DNA of 41,182 nt, from assembly GCA_029938185.1 (NCBI GenBank), contig JAOZVK010000003.1, positions 1 to 41,182 on the forward strand. The letters run 5' to 3'. Source of the stretch: Bacteroidales bacterium (GTDB lineage Bacteria; Bacteroidota; Bacteroidia; Bacteroidales; JAOZVK01). The translations under genes were made by a program, and so were the position numbers. Under the pieces are notes generated by a model. The model made no database searches. It saw only the letters and a list, made by a program, of their open reading frames with translations, and was not told the origin of the DNA. This document shows positions 1 to 10,758 of the stretch, one piece after another (within the stretch, counting starts at the first letter, position 1; each line of letters opens with the position of its first letter).

Positions 1-79
1 AGGATTTTAAACATGTAAATCCTGTTAATCCTGTCTAAATAATACTAAAGAAACATACGTCTTGTTACACTAATGTATT

Positions 80-2056
80 TTAGAATTTTTCATAATCATC
101 ATCAACGTCCTGAGACATTTTTAAATCAATTCCGTCGTTTTCAACAAGATTAGCTTCCTTATTTAAATTTGATACTGGTGTATTTGACTTAATACTGGTA
201 TTTAATGAGTATTCTTGTTTCTCAAATTTGAAATAACTAATAATTTCTTTTAATTGTTCAGCCTGTGCTGAAAGTTCTTCCGCATTGCTTGCCATTTCTT
301 CACTTGATGCAGCATTTTGTTGGGTTATATTATTCAGTTGTTGAACAGAACTATTTACTTGATTTGCTCCATTAGTTTGTTCAGTAATTGATGCAGAAAT
401 TTCTTGAACAAGCTGTGTCGTTTTTTGAACTTGCGGTAACATTTCAGTAAGTTTTTGATTTGTTTTTTCGGTTGCAATAAGTGATTTTTTAGCAAAACCA
501 ACAATTTCATTTGCCGCCTTTCTACTTCTCTCAGCAAGTTTTTGTACTTCGTTAGCTACAACAGCAAATCCTTTTCCATGCTTACCTGCACGTGCAGCTT
601 CTACTGCTGCATTCAAAGCCAGAATATTGGTTTGAAAAGCTATATCATTTACAATTTGTATTTTTTCTGAAATTTGTTTATTCATTTCAACCGCTTCCAA
701 TGATTGATTACTTACCTCCCTGATACTCTTACTTGCCAATTTTGATATTTTTTCGGTTTCCAAAGAGCTATCTGAGTTTTGTTGAAAAGAAGATGTCATT
801 TCCTCAACAGTTGATGATACTTCTTCAACAGATGAAGCTTGTTCGCTAGTGGCTGAAGATAAATCTTGAGAACCATTGTTAAGTTGTTCCGATGCTGAAG
901 CTATCTGTAACGAAGCATTACGAATTTTAGTTACGATATTTTTAAGATTTACTGACATATTAAGCATTGAATGATAAATTCCCACACTACGATTATCTAT
1001 TTGATAGTTTCCAGTAAGGTCTCCTTCTGAAATCTTTTTTGTAATTTTGGCAACTACATCTGGTTCGCCTCCAAGCTGTAACATAGTTCTATTGGTTACA
1101 ATAATAATTATTAGTAGTGAAATAATTATAGCAAGTAAGGTAAATACTATCAATATACTTTTTGTTAAAGTTGCGGTACTTTCTGCATCTATTTTACGTT
1201 GTTTTAATAACTCGGCTTCAGCATTAATAAAAACAGAAATCAAAGACCGTATTTTATCCATATATTGCTTTCCTTTTTTCTTAGCAAATTCAGAATATAA
1301 ATCTTCCATTTTTGATGACTTCATTGCCGATTTATTTATTGTTATTGCTTTTTCTGCATAACTATTTATCCATATATTAGCAGCATTTTGTACTGATTGT
1401 CTTATATTGTAACTATCAAAATGTTTGTTAAGTTGTGATTTAGCACTATAGTAAGGTTCAAGATATTCTTCTTTATTGTTCAATAAAAAACCTCTTAGCC
1501 CAGTTTCCATATTAATCATATCTATAATGATTTGGTTTTGTGCTCCTTGCGAAAGCCCCGATGAAGCAACAAGATTTTGTATATTGTCCATGTTACGCTT
1601 TCCATTCCCAGATGCTATTAAATTAAATAATTCAACTCTATAATCTTCGCCAGCTTTAATATTCTTTCGTAAACTAATATATTTATTGGCAAGCTTGCTT
1701 TTCCATAAATTGGCTTGCTGTTCTATTTCGTTAAGACGTACCACCTGAGTAGAATTATCATTTACAATAATTTTCATTTTGCCAATAAGGGTAGTAAAGT
1801 TACTGCTACCATTTTTGTAGGGTTCCAAAAATTCGTCTTCTCCTGTAACGGCAAAGCCACGCATTCCTGTTTCTTGATCAATCATATACATTAGCAGTTC
1901 ATTTCCGTTATCAATTACTCTATAGGTGTGTTCAACCAATTTTGAGTTTTTTAATAACGAGTTAATACTGAAAAATACAACAACTGCAATAAAAAACATT
2001 AATGATAATGCAATAATATTAGGAATTAATAATTGTGTTCTAAGTTTTAGTTTCAT
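80..2056 (-). CDS. Methyl-accepting chemotaxis protein with duplicated CHASE3-type sensor region
   Basis: Two TM helices, two CHASE3-like motifs ([14 protein letters not shown]; [14 protein letters not shown]), MCP hairpin [20 protein letters not shown]. Start moved from the track's 2101 to the ATG at 2056. Confidence 0.93.
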   Translation of the reverse strand: MKLKLRTQLLIPNIIALSLMFFIAVVVFFSINSLLKNSKLVEHTYRVIDNGNELLMYMIDQETGMRGFAVTGEDEFLEPYKNGSSNFTTLIGKMKIIVNDNSTQVVRLNEIEQQANLWKSKLANKYISLRKNIKAGEDYRVELFNLIASGNGKRNMDNIQNLVASSGLSQGAQNQIIIDMINMETGLRGFLLNNKEEYLEPYYSAKSQLNKHFDSYNIRQSVQNAANIWINSYAEKAITINKSAMKSSKMEDLYSEFAKKKGKQYMDKIRSLISVFINAEAELLKQRKIDAESTATLTKSILIVFTLLAIIISLLIIIIVTNRTMLQLGGEPDVVAKITKKISEGDLTGNYQIDNRSVGIYHSMLNMSVNLKNIVTKIRNASLQIASASEQLNNGSQDLSSATSEQASSVEEVSSTVEEMTSSFQQNSDSSLETEKISKLASKSIREVSNQSLEAVEMNKQISEKIQIVNDIAFQTNILALNAAVEAARAGKHGKGFAVVANEVQKLAERSRKAANEIVGFAKKSLIATEKTNQKLTEMLPQVQKTTQLVQEISASITEQTNGANQVNSSVQQLNNITQQNAASSEEMASNAEELSAQAEQLKEIISYFKFEKQEYSLNTSIKSNTPVSNLNKEANLVENDGIDLKMSQDVDDDYEKF

Positions 2057-2699
2057 AATATTAAATTTTAAATGTTTAAGATTTTTAAGTTTGCAAAACA
2101 AGATATACTAAAAGTATGCCGAAAATTTAAAGTTCTAAAAATCAGAATAATACATCCGTCCTTTTAATTGTTACTGAATTGGCATGTATCCATAAAATTT
2201 CTGTGTGTGCTTAATCATATTAAATATAAAAATGTTAAATAACTTCGATGCAATTAATAAAAAGCCACACTGTGACTTTCCCAGTTATAAATACTTATTA
2301 AGCCGAAAAATTTTTGTAAAACTACTTATAATTTCTGGTATTTTTTGCACAAGTAAGAGTCTATTTCAGATTTAAACTTTGTAAGTAGGTCGATATACAA
2401 AAACGACACTTTTGTTTTTTATATTATACTGTTTATTAAGTGTAAGCAAAATTGCTCATTATCCATTATTCATTGTTAATTACTTATATATGCTGATGTT
2501 TCAGTTTGAGCTTCATTTATATGCCTTTGATTTAATTTCTGCAATTCATCTTTTTTACGAAACCCTTTATAATCAACAGTATAATCAAGTAATTCAGATA
2601 ATTTTTTTTGGTCTTCAATTTTATATGTTATCAGTCCTTGAATAGAAATTGTTTGAAAATCATTAGTTGATTCATTGAATAATCATTATAACATAAGTT

Positions 2700-2773
2700 C
2701 CACGCAAAAAATGCAAAGCATGATTTAATACTTTGCGTATTTTGCGTCAATCATTTAGCGTATTTTGCGTGAA
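2700..2773. repeat. REP-like palindromic dispersed repeat (CGCAAA/TTTGCG units)
   Basis: cacgcaaaaaatgcaaag...ctttgcgtattttgcg...ttttgcgtg; related cgcaaag units at 21041-21082. Confidence 0.55.
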
Positions 2774-2855
2774 ATTTGTTAGTTCTTTTTTATGAACAAA
2801 CCCTATAACACAATATTCAATATTTAAAATACCGTAAGATATGTTATAATAAAAC

Positions 2856-2960
2856 TAAGTAGTCTTACAAAAGTTTTTAGGCATTTGTTTTTGTACAATT
2901 GACTACATAATAGTAACTTATAAAAATGCGAAAGCCACATTAAATAGGTCGAAGACCTTA
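2856..2960 (-). mobile_element. MITE family A copy (about 105 bp, TA-flanked)
   Basis: Reverse complement of TAAGGTCTTCGACCTATTTA...AAAAACTTTTGTAAGACTACTTA, a pattern seen in nine copies in the window. Confidence 0.8.
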
Positions 2961-3604
2961 ATGTTTGTTTTGTAATTTTTTTTCTTAAAAATTTGTACAT
3001 TATTTTTATAACAAAGTCTATTTCAATATTTACACACCCACATTTCGTTTCGCTATAGAGACTTATCAATAGGTTGTCATGATAGAGTTTTTATGAATAC
3101 ACTAATTACTAAATATTTGAAATATTAATAAAAATAATTTAATAGTTTAATTATCAAACAGTTTTAAGTTCGTAAAGTAGAATTATACAAAAAAAGAAAA
3201 AAAAGCGAAACAAAAAATACCAATCAAGTCAAACTTTAAGTTTTTGGCAAAAAAAAAGGTTATTTAAAACATATGAAAAAGATGAAGAGATAGCCTTAAT
3301 AACATTATACGCAAATAAAGATATTTTTTTTAATAAAAATATTATTATATATTTGGATTTTAATATAACCTAAGAGATTATTTTTATATATAATTTTTTG
3401 CTTTTTTATTTATTGAAAACCAAAAATAAGTAATCTAACAAAAGCTTTTAGATGTTTGTAATTCATTATAATAACAATATGTTATAATGTTAATAAAATA
3501 TATAAACAATATTAAATATTTCGATGACCTCTAAATCAAAAGTAAAATTATTTAGACCTAAACAACATAAATAAGGCTCAAAAAGCCATAAAACATAAAT
3601 AAAA

Positions 3605-3973
3605 ATGAACGAAATTGTAATCTACATAATAGTTTTTTTAGTTATTTCTGCAATAAGCTATTTTACTAAACCCAAAAAGAAGCCTCAGAAACAAGTTGAA
3701 GAAGATTCAGAGTCAAAATATTCATTATCTGAATTTGAAAAAATATTACAAAATACATATGGTGCAACAAAAGGATTTAAATCAAAAAATGAAGAAATTA
3801 TAGAACAGTATGTTGAAAAAGATAAAGAAGAAAAGAAAGTTAATGAAGATGAAAAAGAACAAACAAAAGTAGATGAATATCATTCCGAAGACTCTTATTC
3901 TCAAAAGAAAGAATTTGATTTAAAACAAGCAATAATATATCAAACTATATTAGAACGAAAAGATTTTAACTAA
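3605..3973 (+). CDS. Hypothetical protein with N-terminal membrane anchor
   Basis: 122 aa, hydrophobic N-terminus, charged middle, C-terminal FDLKQAIIYQTILERK. Confidence 0.75.
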   Translation: MNEIVIYIIVFLVISAISYFTKPKKKPQKQVEEDSESKYSLSEFEKILQNTYGATKGFKSKNEEIIEQYVEKDKEEKKVNEDEKEQTKVDEYHSEDSYSQKKEFDLKQAIIYQTILERKDFN

Positions 3974-3984
3974 CATTAGTAAAG

Positions 3985-4068
3985 TTGGGCTTGTTGTTTT
4001 TTTAATTAACTGGAAATCAAAACAATCAACTTACTTGAGTAAGTAAGGTAAAAAAGGCTCGAAGAGTC
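3985..4068. mobile_element. Degenerate MITE family B copy
   Basis: Shares ttttaattaactg..aatcaa...taagta...aaaggctcgaagag with the element at 20326-20434; left end unclear. Confidence 0.5.
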
Positions 4069-4219
4069 TAAAAAATTGATATTTAATATTAAAGTGAAAA
4101 TAAAATTGTGAAAAGTTATAAATAAAATCATAATTTATTTTTATATTTGCAATCTGAAAGAGTCCTAAATGAATTGGGATTCTTTTTTATTTTATAAAAA
4201 ATCAAATAATCAAATAAAA

Positions 4220-4693
4220 ATGTCAAAAATTTCATATTTAACACAAGAAGGATTAGATAATTTAAAAAACGAATTAAAACATTTAACAACTGTTGAAAGA
4301 CCAAAAATATCGGAACAAATAGCCGAAGCAAGAGATAAAGGAGATTTATCGGAAAATGCAGAATATGACGCAGCCAAAGAAGCACAAGGATTACTCGAAT
4401 TAAAAATTTCAAAACTTCAAGAAACTGTTAGAATGTCAAGATTGATTGATGAATCAAAAATTGATTCTTCAACAGTTCAAATATTAAATAAAGTTAAGAT
4501 TAAAAACAGAAAAACCAATGCTGTAATGGAATACACATTAGTTTCTGAAAGCGAAGCGAATTTGAAAGCTCGTAAATTATCAATTGAAACACCTATAGCT
4601 AAGGGATTATTAGGAAAAAAAGTTGGAGATGTTGCGTATATTAAGGTACCATCGGGACTTATGGAATTTGTAATCTTGGATATTTCACTATAA
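4220..4693 (+). CDS. greA: Transcription elongation factor GreA
   Basis: Motif ARDKGDLSENAEYDAAKE; start at ATG 4220; -7 box TATATTTG at 4142-4149. Confidence 0.97.
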   Translation: MSKISYLTQEGLDNLKNELKHLTTVERPKISEQIAEARDKGDLSENAEYDAAKEAQGLLELKISKLQETVRMSRLIDESKIDSSTVQILNKVKIKNRKTNAVMEYTLVSESEANLKARKLSIETPIAKGLLGKKVGDVAYIKVPSGLMEFVILDISL

Positions 4694-4704
4694 TACTATA
4701 AAAA

Positions 4705-5100
4705 ATGGCAAGTATATTTACAAAAATAATAAAGGGAGAGTTTTCATCATATAAAATTGCTGAAAACGAAAATTATTATGCCTTTCTAGATATAAACCCT
4801 ATTGTTAAAGGACATACACTGGTTGTTCCAAAAAAAGAAGTTGATTATATTTTCGATTTAGAAGATGATATTATTGCTGGAATGAATGTTTTTGCAAAAA
4901 AAATAGCAATAGCAATTAAGAAGGTAATTGATTGTAAGCGTGTGGGAGTCTTAGTATTAGGCTTGGAAGTTCCTCATGCCCATATACATTTAATTCCGTT
5001 TAATCATGAAACAGAACTTAATATAAAAAACCCAAAACTTAAATTTTCAAATGAAGAGTTTAAACAAATAGCTAAAAATATTAGCTCTTTTGTAAATTAA
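4705..5100 (+). CDS. HIT family nucleotide hydrolase
   Basis: SIFTKII N-terminus and HAHIHLIP histidine triad. Confidence 0.95.
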   Translation: MASIFTKIIKGEFSSYKIAENENYYAFLDINPIVKGHTLVVPKKEVDYIFDLEDDIIAGMNVFAKKIAIAIKKVIDCKRVGVLVLGLEVPHAHIHLIPFNHETELNIKNPKLKFSNEEFKQIAKNISSFVN

Positions 5101-5159
5101 TATTAATAATATCAGACTTGCTTGACCTAACAGGAAAGTCATCGACACCCTAATTCCAT

Positions 5160-5198
5160 AAAAACCTAAACATTTACATATGTAGATATTTAGGTTTT
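5160..5198. terminator. Long hairpin, probable bidirectional terminator
   Basis: aaaacctaaacatttaca-ta-tgtagatatttaggtttt downstream of the HIT gene. Confidence 0.5.
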
Positions 5199-5658
5199 TA
5201 CAATATTCCATATATTATTTTCATATCCGTTTCAGGAAATTTTATTTGAGTTTCATTTAAAGTTTTACATAATTTTTTTAATGCAATATCATCTCGTTTT
5301 TTTGGTTGATGGTGAATATTTATATACAATATATATATTTGATTATCTACTTTGATATCAGTATTTTATTAAAAAAACTGAACAAAAGAGACCTTCTTTC
5401 CTTTGATTTTTTAGTAATTTTCTACACTATTGAGACAAGTGCTGTTTCAGCTCAGTATGCTATCATCTTAATAGTATCAATAAATTCAGAACTCACAAAA
5501 ACAGTTCTCTTTTTCAAAAACAATCGCAAGTTAAAAGTTAATAAAGTTTACTTGAAAGTTATTCATAAACTAAAAAAATTAAATGTGGAATGTAAAAAAT
5601 AAAATATTTCTATGATAACTAAAGTATTACTTTGAATATTATTCTGTATAATACGTTC

Positions 5659-5763
5659 TAAGGTCTTCGACCTATTTAACGTTGCTTACGCATCACACTA
5701 ATACTCTAACAATATGTAATCTAACAAAATATAAATGTTGAAAAACTTTTGTAACAGTACTTA
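5659..5763 (+). mobile_element. MITE family A copy
   Basis: taaggtcttcgacctattta...aaaaacttttgtaacagtactta. Confidence 0.8.
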
Positions 5764-6044
5764 CATTCAATATTCGATATTCTACATTTTATATTCGATA
5801 TAAATCTTTCATTTTAATTTGTCTTTGTTTTTGTTCAATTTGACGCTTTTTGTGAGTTCTGTGTTTTGAGTCGGGGAATAATTTCTTAATTTATAGAAAA
5901 ATGTCAACAGAATTGAAGGAAGGCTGTAATAGCCTGATTCAAACTCAAAAATATTATTATGTTTTATAATCCATTACTTAATAAGGCGAGTAAGCTGAGT
6001 AAAACTCCTGCATTTTCTACATCTAAGGTACAAAAAAATGTGAT

Positions 6045-7865
6045 ATGATACATGAAATAACAAATTTTATTAATTATTTAGAAGAAAGTGATATAAAAAA
6101 TAACACAAATATTTTTTTAGAAAATTTATATTTAAAAGAGGGTTTGTATGTTTTTTTAGAGAAAGATGACGATGAACTCATTATAGGTGATGTTTTGAAA
6201 GTAGATAAAAAAACCGAAAAAAATAATTTGTATAATGAGTTTATGCAAAGATATTCTGTTACTGAAATGATTAGAAATAAAAGTCTCAATTCATCGGAGA
6301 AAATTTTTATAGAAATTGGAAGCCCTTTTGCAATTTCAATTTCGGGTAAAGGACAAAAAAAAGGAAGAATAAAAAAATTACAAGCAGCTGAAGCTTATTT
6401 TAAAGCAACTCAAAAATACATAGACAGCAAAGAGGAACAACATGTTGAATGGTTTGAAAATTTAAAATTCTATGTAAGAAACAAGATGTTTGATTTTTTG
6501 GATAGTCTCGAAGAGTATAAAAATCCAAAAGATAATTTTATGTTTTATTTTTTTATTAAAAAGCCTGAAATTAAGGATTATATTGGTTTTTATGATAAAT
6601 ATCTGAAAACAAAAGTGTTTTTATACGATTTGAAAAAAGATGAAACACATGGAATAAGTAATGACCTGAATGTATTTAATGTTAAAAAAGCATTTTTAAA
6701 ACATAAATCGGCAACTTTTGATATAAACTACAAAATAACAGGTGAGGACGCAATGAAATTATACAAGTTTTTTCGATTGCAACAGAAAAATAAAATACTG
6801 CCAAACCCAATGCCCGTTTTTGTTGATAAAAATGAACTGACAACAGAAGCAGTAAAATTTTATAAAAAAGATCATAAAGAAATTATTGAACATCTTATTG
6901 ACCAAAAAAAAGACGATTTACATAATTATTATCTTATATATTTTCAAAATAATTTGAAGGGTAGCAGAATTGTTGATTTGGATTTTGTGCCGGTTTTTAA
7001 GCATAAGCTTGAAAAAAACATAAAAATTGAAACTATTTTTAATACTTCAAAAAAAACTATTTTTTTCAAAAAAATTGAAACTGTTTTTGATTTTGAAAGT
7101 ATAATTGTTTGTAAAATATTTAACAATAGTTTGGTTCAATATTCAAGCAAAAATAATAATTTTTCATTGAAATATTTTGATGAAATTGACAATAATCCAA
7201 AATATATTAGCTCAAATACTTATATTCAAATAATGAAATATCGTAAAGCATTTTACGATTTTATATACAAATCAAAACATCAGGCAATAACAAATATTAT
7301 GTTTCAGGATATTATGCAAAGTTCAATTCTTGATGATATTAGACATGACGAATATAAACCGGATAAAAAAATTCACACAAAAGATATAGCAATTAAAGAA
7401 AAACTAAATATTTGGTTTAGTTTATTTAATTATTTTACTCATAAAAAAAAGACAGAAAATATGATTAATAAAACAGAACTACTTTTTGATAGACTAAAAA
7501 CTATTGCTAAAAACAGCAAAGAAAGAATAAGGAATGAAGAAGAGTTTGCATTTGCTTCTGGACAATTGATTTGGAAATTATTAATTCAAAGCGAATCCTC
7601 TAATCGTACACATGCGATGTTAGAACCTTTTTTGCAAAAAACAGATGCAGAGCTATTTAAACAAGCAATTGCAAGAACTTATGAAATATATAAACATAAA
7701 TTTACTATTTATTCTACAAAATATGAGTTTGATAAGATTATGAGCGAAGTTATGGGAATAGAAACTGAAACCAATATAAAAACACTTGTTCCGCTAATTT
7801 TAGCAGGATATTTTGCAGAAACAATTTTTAAAAAAAAAGATAACGAAGATAGTGAAAACAATTAA
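6045..7865 (+). CDS. cas8b: Type I-B large subunit Cas8b (module 1); candidate internal Cas11 from ATG 7461
   Basis: 606 aa, directly upstream of cas7; helical C-terminus with FAFASGQLI...LILAGYF. Confidence 0.8.
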   Translation: MIHEITNFINYLEESDIKNNTNIFLENLYLKEGLYVFLEKDDDELIIGDVLKVDKKTEKNNLYNEFMQRYSVTEMIRNKSLNSSEKIFIEIGSPFAISISGKGQKKGRIKKLQAAEAYFKATQKYIDSKEEQHVEWFENLKFYVRNKMFDFLDSLEEYKNPKDNFMFYFFIKKPEIKDYIGFYDKYLKTKVFLYDLKKDETHGISNDLNVFNVKKAFLKHKSATFDINYKITGEDAMKLYKFFRLQQKNKILPNPMPVFVDKNELTTEAVKFYKKDHKEIIEHLIDQKKDDLHNYYLIYFQNNLKGSRIVDLDFVPVFKHKLEKNIKIETIFNTSKKTIFFKKIETVFDFESIIVCKIFNNSLVQYSSKNNNFSLKYFDEIDNNPKYISSNTYIQIMKYRKAFYDFIYKSKHQAITNIMFQDIMQSSILDDIRHDEYKPDKKIHTKDIAIKEKLNIWFSLFNYFTHKKKTENMINKTELLFDRLKTIAKNSKERIRNEEEFAFASGQLIWKLLIQSESSNRTHAMLEPFLQKTDAELFKQAIARTYEIYKHKFTIYSTKYEFDKIMSEVMGIETETNIKTLVPLILAGYFAETIFKKKDNEDSENN

Positions 7866-7896
7866 TAATTTAAAAATATAATAAATCAGAAATATT

Positions 7897-8808
7897 ATGA
7901 CTACATTCAAAAACAGAGTATTCGGAGCGGTAATAGTAAAAGCCATAAATTCAAATTATAATGCAGATTTTACAAAACAACCACGCACTTTGCCCGATGG
8001 AAAAGTCTATGCTACTGACAAAGCATTTAAATTTACTGTCAGAAATTATTTAAAAGATATGTATTCGGGCGAAAAAATTTTCTTTTTCAAAACACTTAAT
8101 GAAAATCAAAATCCAAGAACTTTGGATGATACTTACGAATTTCATTTCGATAAATTTCCTAAAAAAATATTAAAAAATGATGTTACAAAAAATCTTTTAA
8201 GCTGTATTGATGTTCGCTTTTTCGGAGCCACTTATGCAGGAAAAACTAATGTATCAATTCACGGACCGGTGCAAATAAATCATGGTGTAAATATATGGCA
8301 CGAAAATAATATTTATTCCGAACAAATTACAAGTCCGTTTGCAAACAATTCAAGTAAAAAAGAAGCTGAAAGCGGAATGACCACAATCGGACGTGATACA
8401 AAATTACAAGAAGGACATTATTTACATCATTTTTCAGTAAATCCATTAAATATTGAAAAATTAATTGATAATGCACAAGAATTAACAAAGGAGGACATCA
8501 ACAAATTAAAAGAAGCCATGCGATTAGGTGCAACCTACTACGACAGCACTTCAAAAGCTGGAACCGAAAACGAACTTATGATTTGGGTACAACTCAACAA
8601 AAATTCAAAATTGGTTTTGCCTAATTTTTCTCAGTTAGTTGAAATGAAAAAAGAAAAAAAAGACGAAAAAGTAGTTTTGGATTTAGAAACTTTAAATGCA
8701 AAACTAAAAAAATATTCTAGTGACATTGAAAAAATAGAAATTTATTGTAATGGAGCTTCTATTAAAATCGAAAATTTACCAGAAAATATAAAATTATATG
8801 ATTTGTAA
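7897..8808 (+). CDS. cas7: Type I Cas7 (Csh2/CT1132-like), module 1
   Basis: NYNADF..PR, ATDKAFKFTVR, IDVRFFGAT, GPVQI motifs. Confidence 0.92.
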   Translation: MTTFKNRVFGAVIVKAINSNYNADFTKQPRTLPDGKVYATDKAFKFTVRNYLKDMYSGEKIFFFKTLNENQNPRTLDDTYEFHFDKFPKKILKNDVTKNLLSCIDVRFFGATYAGKTNVSIHGPVQINHGVNIWHENNIYSEQITSPFANNSSKKEAESGMTTIGRDTKLQEGHYLHHFSVNPLNIEKLIDNAQELTKEDINKLKEAMRLGATYYDSTSKAGTENELMIWVQLNKNSKLVLPNFSQLVEMKKEKKDEKVVLDLETLNAKLKKYSSDIEKIEIYCNGASIKIENLPENIKLYDL

Positions 8809-8901
8809 AGATTTAGAAAGATTTATTTTTATTTTACCTTTCATAGTATTATTTTTGACGATTACGTATAGGTATAATACTACAAAAGGTAAAAATTAAT
8901 T

Positions 8902-9666
8902 ATGGCAACAGTTGATAATATACTACTGAAAGATATAACTTTCTCTGGTCTTGATATATTCACTTTGGAAAATCTATTTGAAATTTCATCACTATCTCAC
9001 AAATCGACAGAAATTGCTTTACGTTTATTGAACGACAACGATTTAATTCTAAAAATTGAAAAGGGAAAATATTGCAAATTTGATTTCAAAGATGAACTTG
9101 TAATTGGCAATTTTTTGAGCAGAGACGGAGGAATTGCTTATTGGACAGCAATGAATTACCACGGTCTGACAGAGCAAATTTCAAATACTATTTTTGTTCA
9201 AACATCTTATAAAAAACCAAGAAAGACAATTTTTGGAACTAAATATGTTTTTGTTCAAATAAAACCTGAAAAATTAACAGGATACAAAACCTTAGGATAC
9301 GGTAATCACCAGTACAGAATAAGTGATTTAGAAAAAACTATTGTGGATTGTTTTGATTTGCCAAATCATTCAGGTGGTTATCCAGAAGTTATCAAAGCCT
9401 TTGCCAATGCTGATATAAAAGCAAGAAAATTAGTAAGATACTGCAAAGCAATCAACAATATCTCTGTTGTAAAACGTTTAGCTTATCTTACTGAATTGTT
9501 ATGTAAAAAAAATATGGAGTATTTTATAGATTATGCTTTGTCAGTAAGAAATAAAAAATACAATTTATTTGAACATAATGGAGAACAAAAAGGTAAAGGA
9601 CTAAAAAAATGGCGATTGATTTTAAATATGAACGATGATGAAATTCTTGAAATTGCAAATTCATAG
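8902..9666 (+). CDS. abiEi: Type IV toxin-antitoxin antitoxin, AbiEi family
   Basis: wHTH N-terminus, YWTAMNYHGLTEQI and SDLEKTIVDC motifs; upstream of an AbiEii-like gene. Confidence 0.88.
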   Translation: MATVDNILLKDITFSGLDIFTLENLFEISSLSHKSTEIALRLLNDNDLILKIEKGKYCKFDFKDELVIGNFLSRDGGIAYWTAMNYHGLTEQISNTIFVQTSYKKPRKTIFGTKYVFVQIKPEKLTGYKTLGYGNHQYRISDLEKTIVDCFDLPNHSGGYPEVIKAFANADIKARKLVRYCKAINNISVVKRLAYLTELLCKKNMEYFIDYALSVRNKKYNLFEHNGEQKGKGLKKWRLILNMNDDEILEIANS

Positions 9667-9667
9667 T

Positions 9668-9877
9668 TAAGTACTGTTATAAAGGTTTTTCGACATTTAC
9701 TTATTCATAACTTACTGATTAAATTATCTTTGTAAGGTCTTCGACCTATTTAATATTGCTTACGCAAGATATATAATAAACGGTATTTCAAAAAGTAAGC
9801 TCAATACTAAATAGGTAAAAACTTTTGTATGGGTGCTTACTAATGCGTAAACAACTATAAATAGGTCGAAGACCTTA
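9668..9877. mobile_element. Nested pair of family A MITEs (inner + copy 9733-9839 inside a - copy)
   Basis: Removing the inner copy and one TA restores an outer copy colinear with 12132-12237. Confidence 0.85.
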
Positions 9878-9898
9878 AAACTAAAATACTAAGAACAA

Positions 9899-10754
9899 AT
9901 GATAGAACAAAGAGAAATATTTGAACATAATGAAAGCCTCGGAGTACCACCTACAACAATTGATAAAGATTGGATACTTGGTCATTTTTTAAATGCAATG
10001 TTCCAATTTGAAGACATAAAGCACAATTTTGTTTTCAAAGGCGGTACATGCTTGAAGAAAGGTTATTTTCCAGATTATAGATTTTCTGAAGATTTGGATT
10101 TTACCCTTTTGGATAATCAATTTTTAGTTGATAAAAAACTAATAAATAAACTCATCAAACTTACTACACAAAATAGTGCTGCAAAGTTCTATTGTGAAAG
10201 TATAAAGGAGCAAATATATAAAGATATTAAACAAGGATATGAAGTGATAATTAAGTTTTGGGGTGCCAACCATAAACCGAATCAAAGACCATTACCACCA
10301 AAACGTTGGCAAACAAAAATTAAATTAGATATTAATTTTACTGAAAAGTTACTTTGTGTTCCTTTACTTAAAAAAATTATACATCCTTTATTCTGATGAA
10401 ATCAAAATTACGAGTTCTGTTCCTACTTATTCATATTTTGAGATTGTAGCAGAAAAACTTCGTACACTTGTACAAAGAAATCGTCCAAGAGATGTCTATG
10501 ATAATTGGTACTTTTCCAATAATATAAAATCGAAAGATTTTATTGAAATTAGAAAAATATTGATGGAGAAAGCCAAAAATAAGGATGTAAATATTTCGAA
10601 TGTAAATCAATTTGTAAATGATAAAAAGAGGAAAAAAAATAAACGTGCATGGGAAAGTAGCTTAAAACATCAAATTTCTGAAAAAAATCTTCCTGAATTT
10701 GATATTGCTTATGATAATTTATATCCATTTATAAAAAATATTTTAAACTCTTAA
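9899..10754 (+). pseudogene. abiEii: AbiEii nucleotidyltransferase toxin, frameshifted (ORFs 9899-10396 and 10356-10754)
   Basis: KDW, FKGGTCL, RFSEDLDF motifs in the first ORF and AEKL, RPRDVYD in the second. An extra T in catcctttattct (about 10386-10388) breaks ...IIHPYSDEIK. Confidence 0.85.
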
Positions 10755-10758
10755 AAAA

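Noticed and set aside
2236-2395. Additional family A fragments (gccgaaaaatttttgtaaaactactta; taggtcga)
   Set aside because: Too degenerate to delimit as an element.
5190-5602. ORF 5306-5602 and an opposite-strand startless peptide (..NIHHQPKKRDDIALKKLC..)
   Set aside because: Low complexity, no recognisable family; possibly a gene remnant but not supportable.
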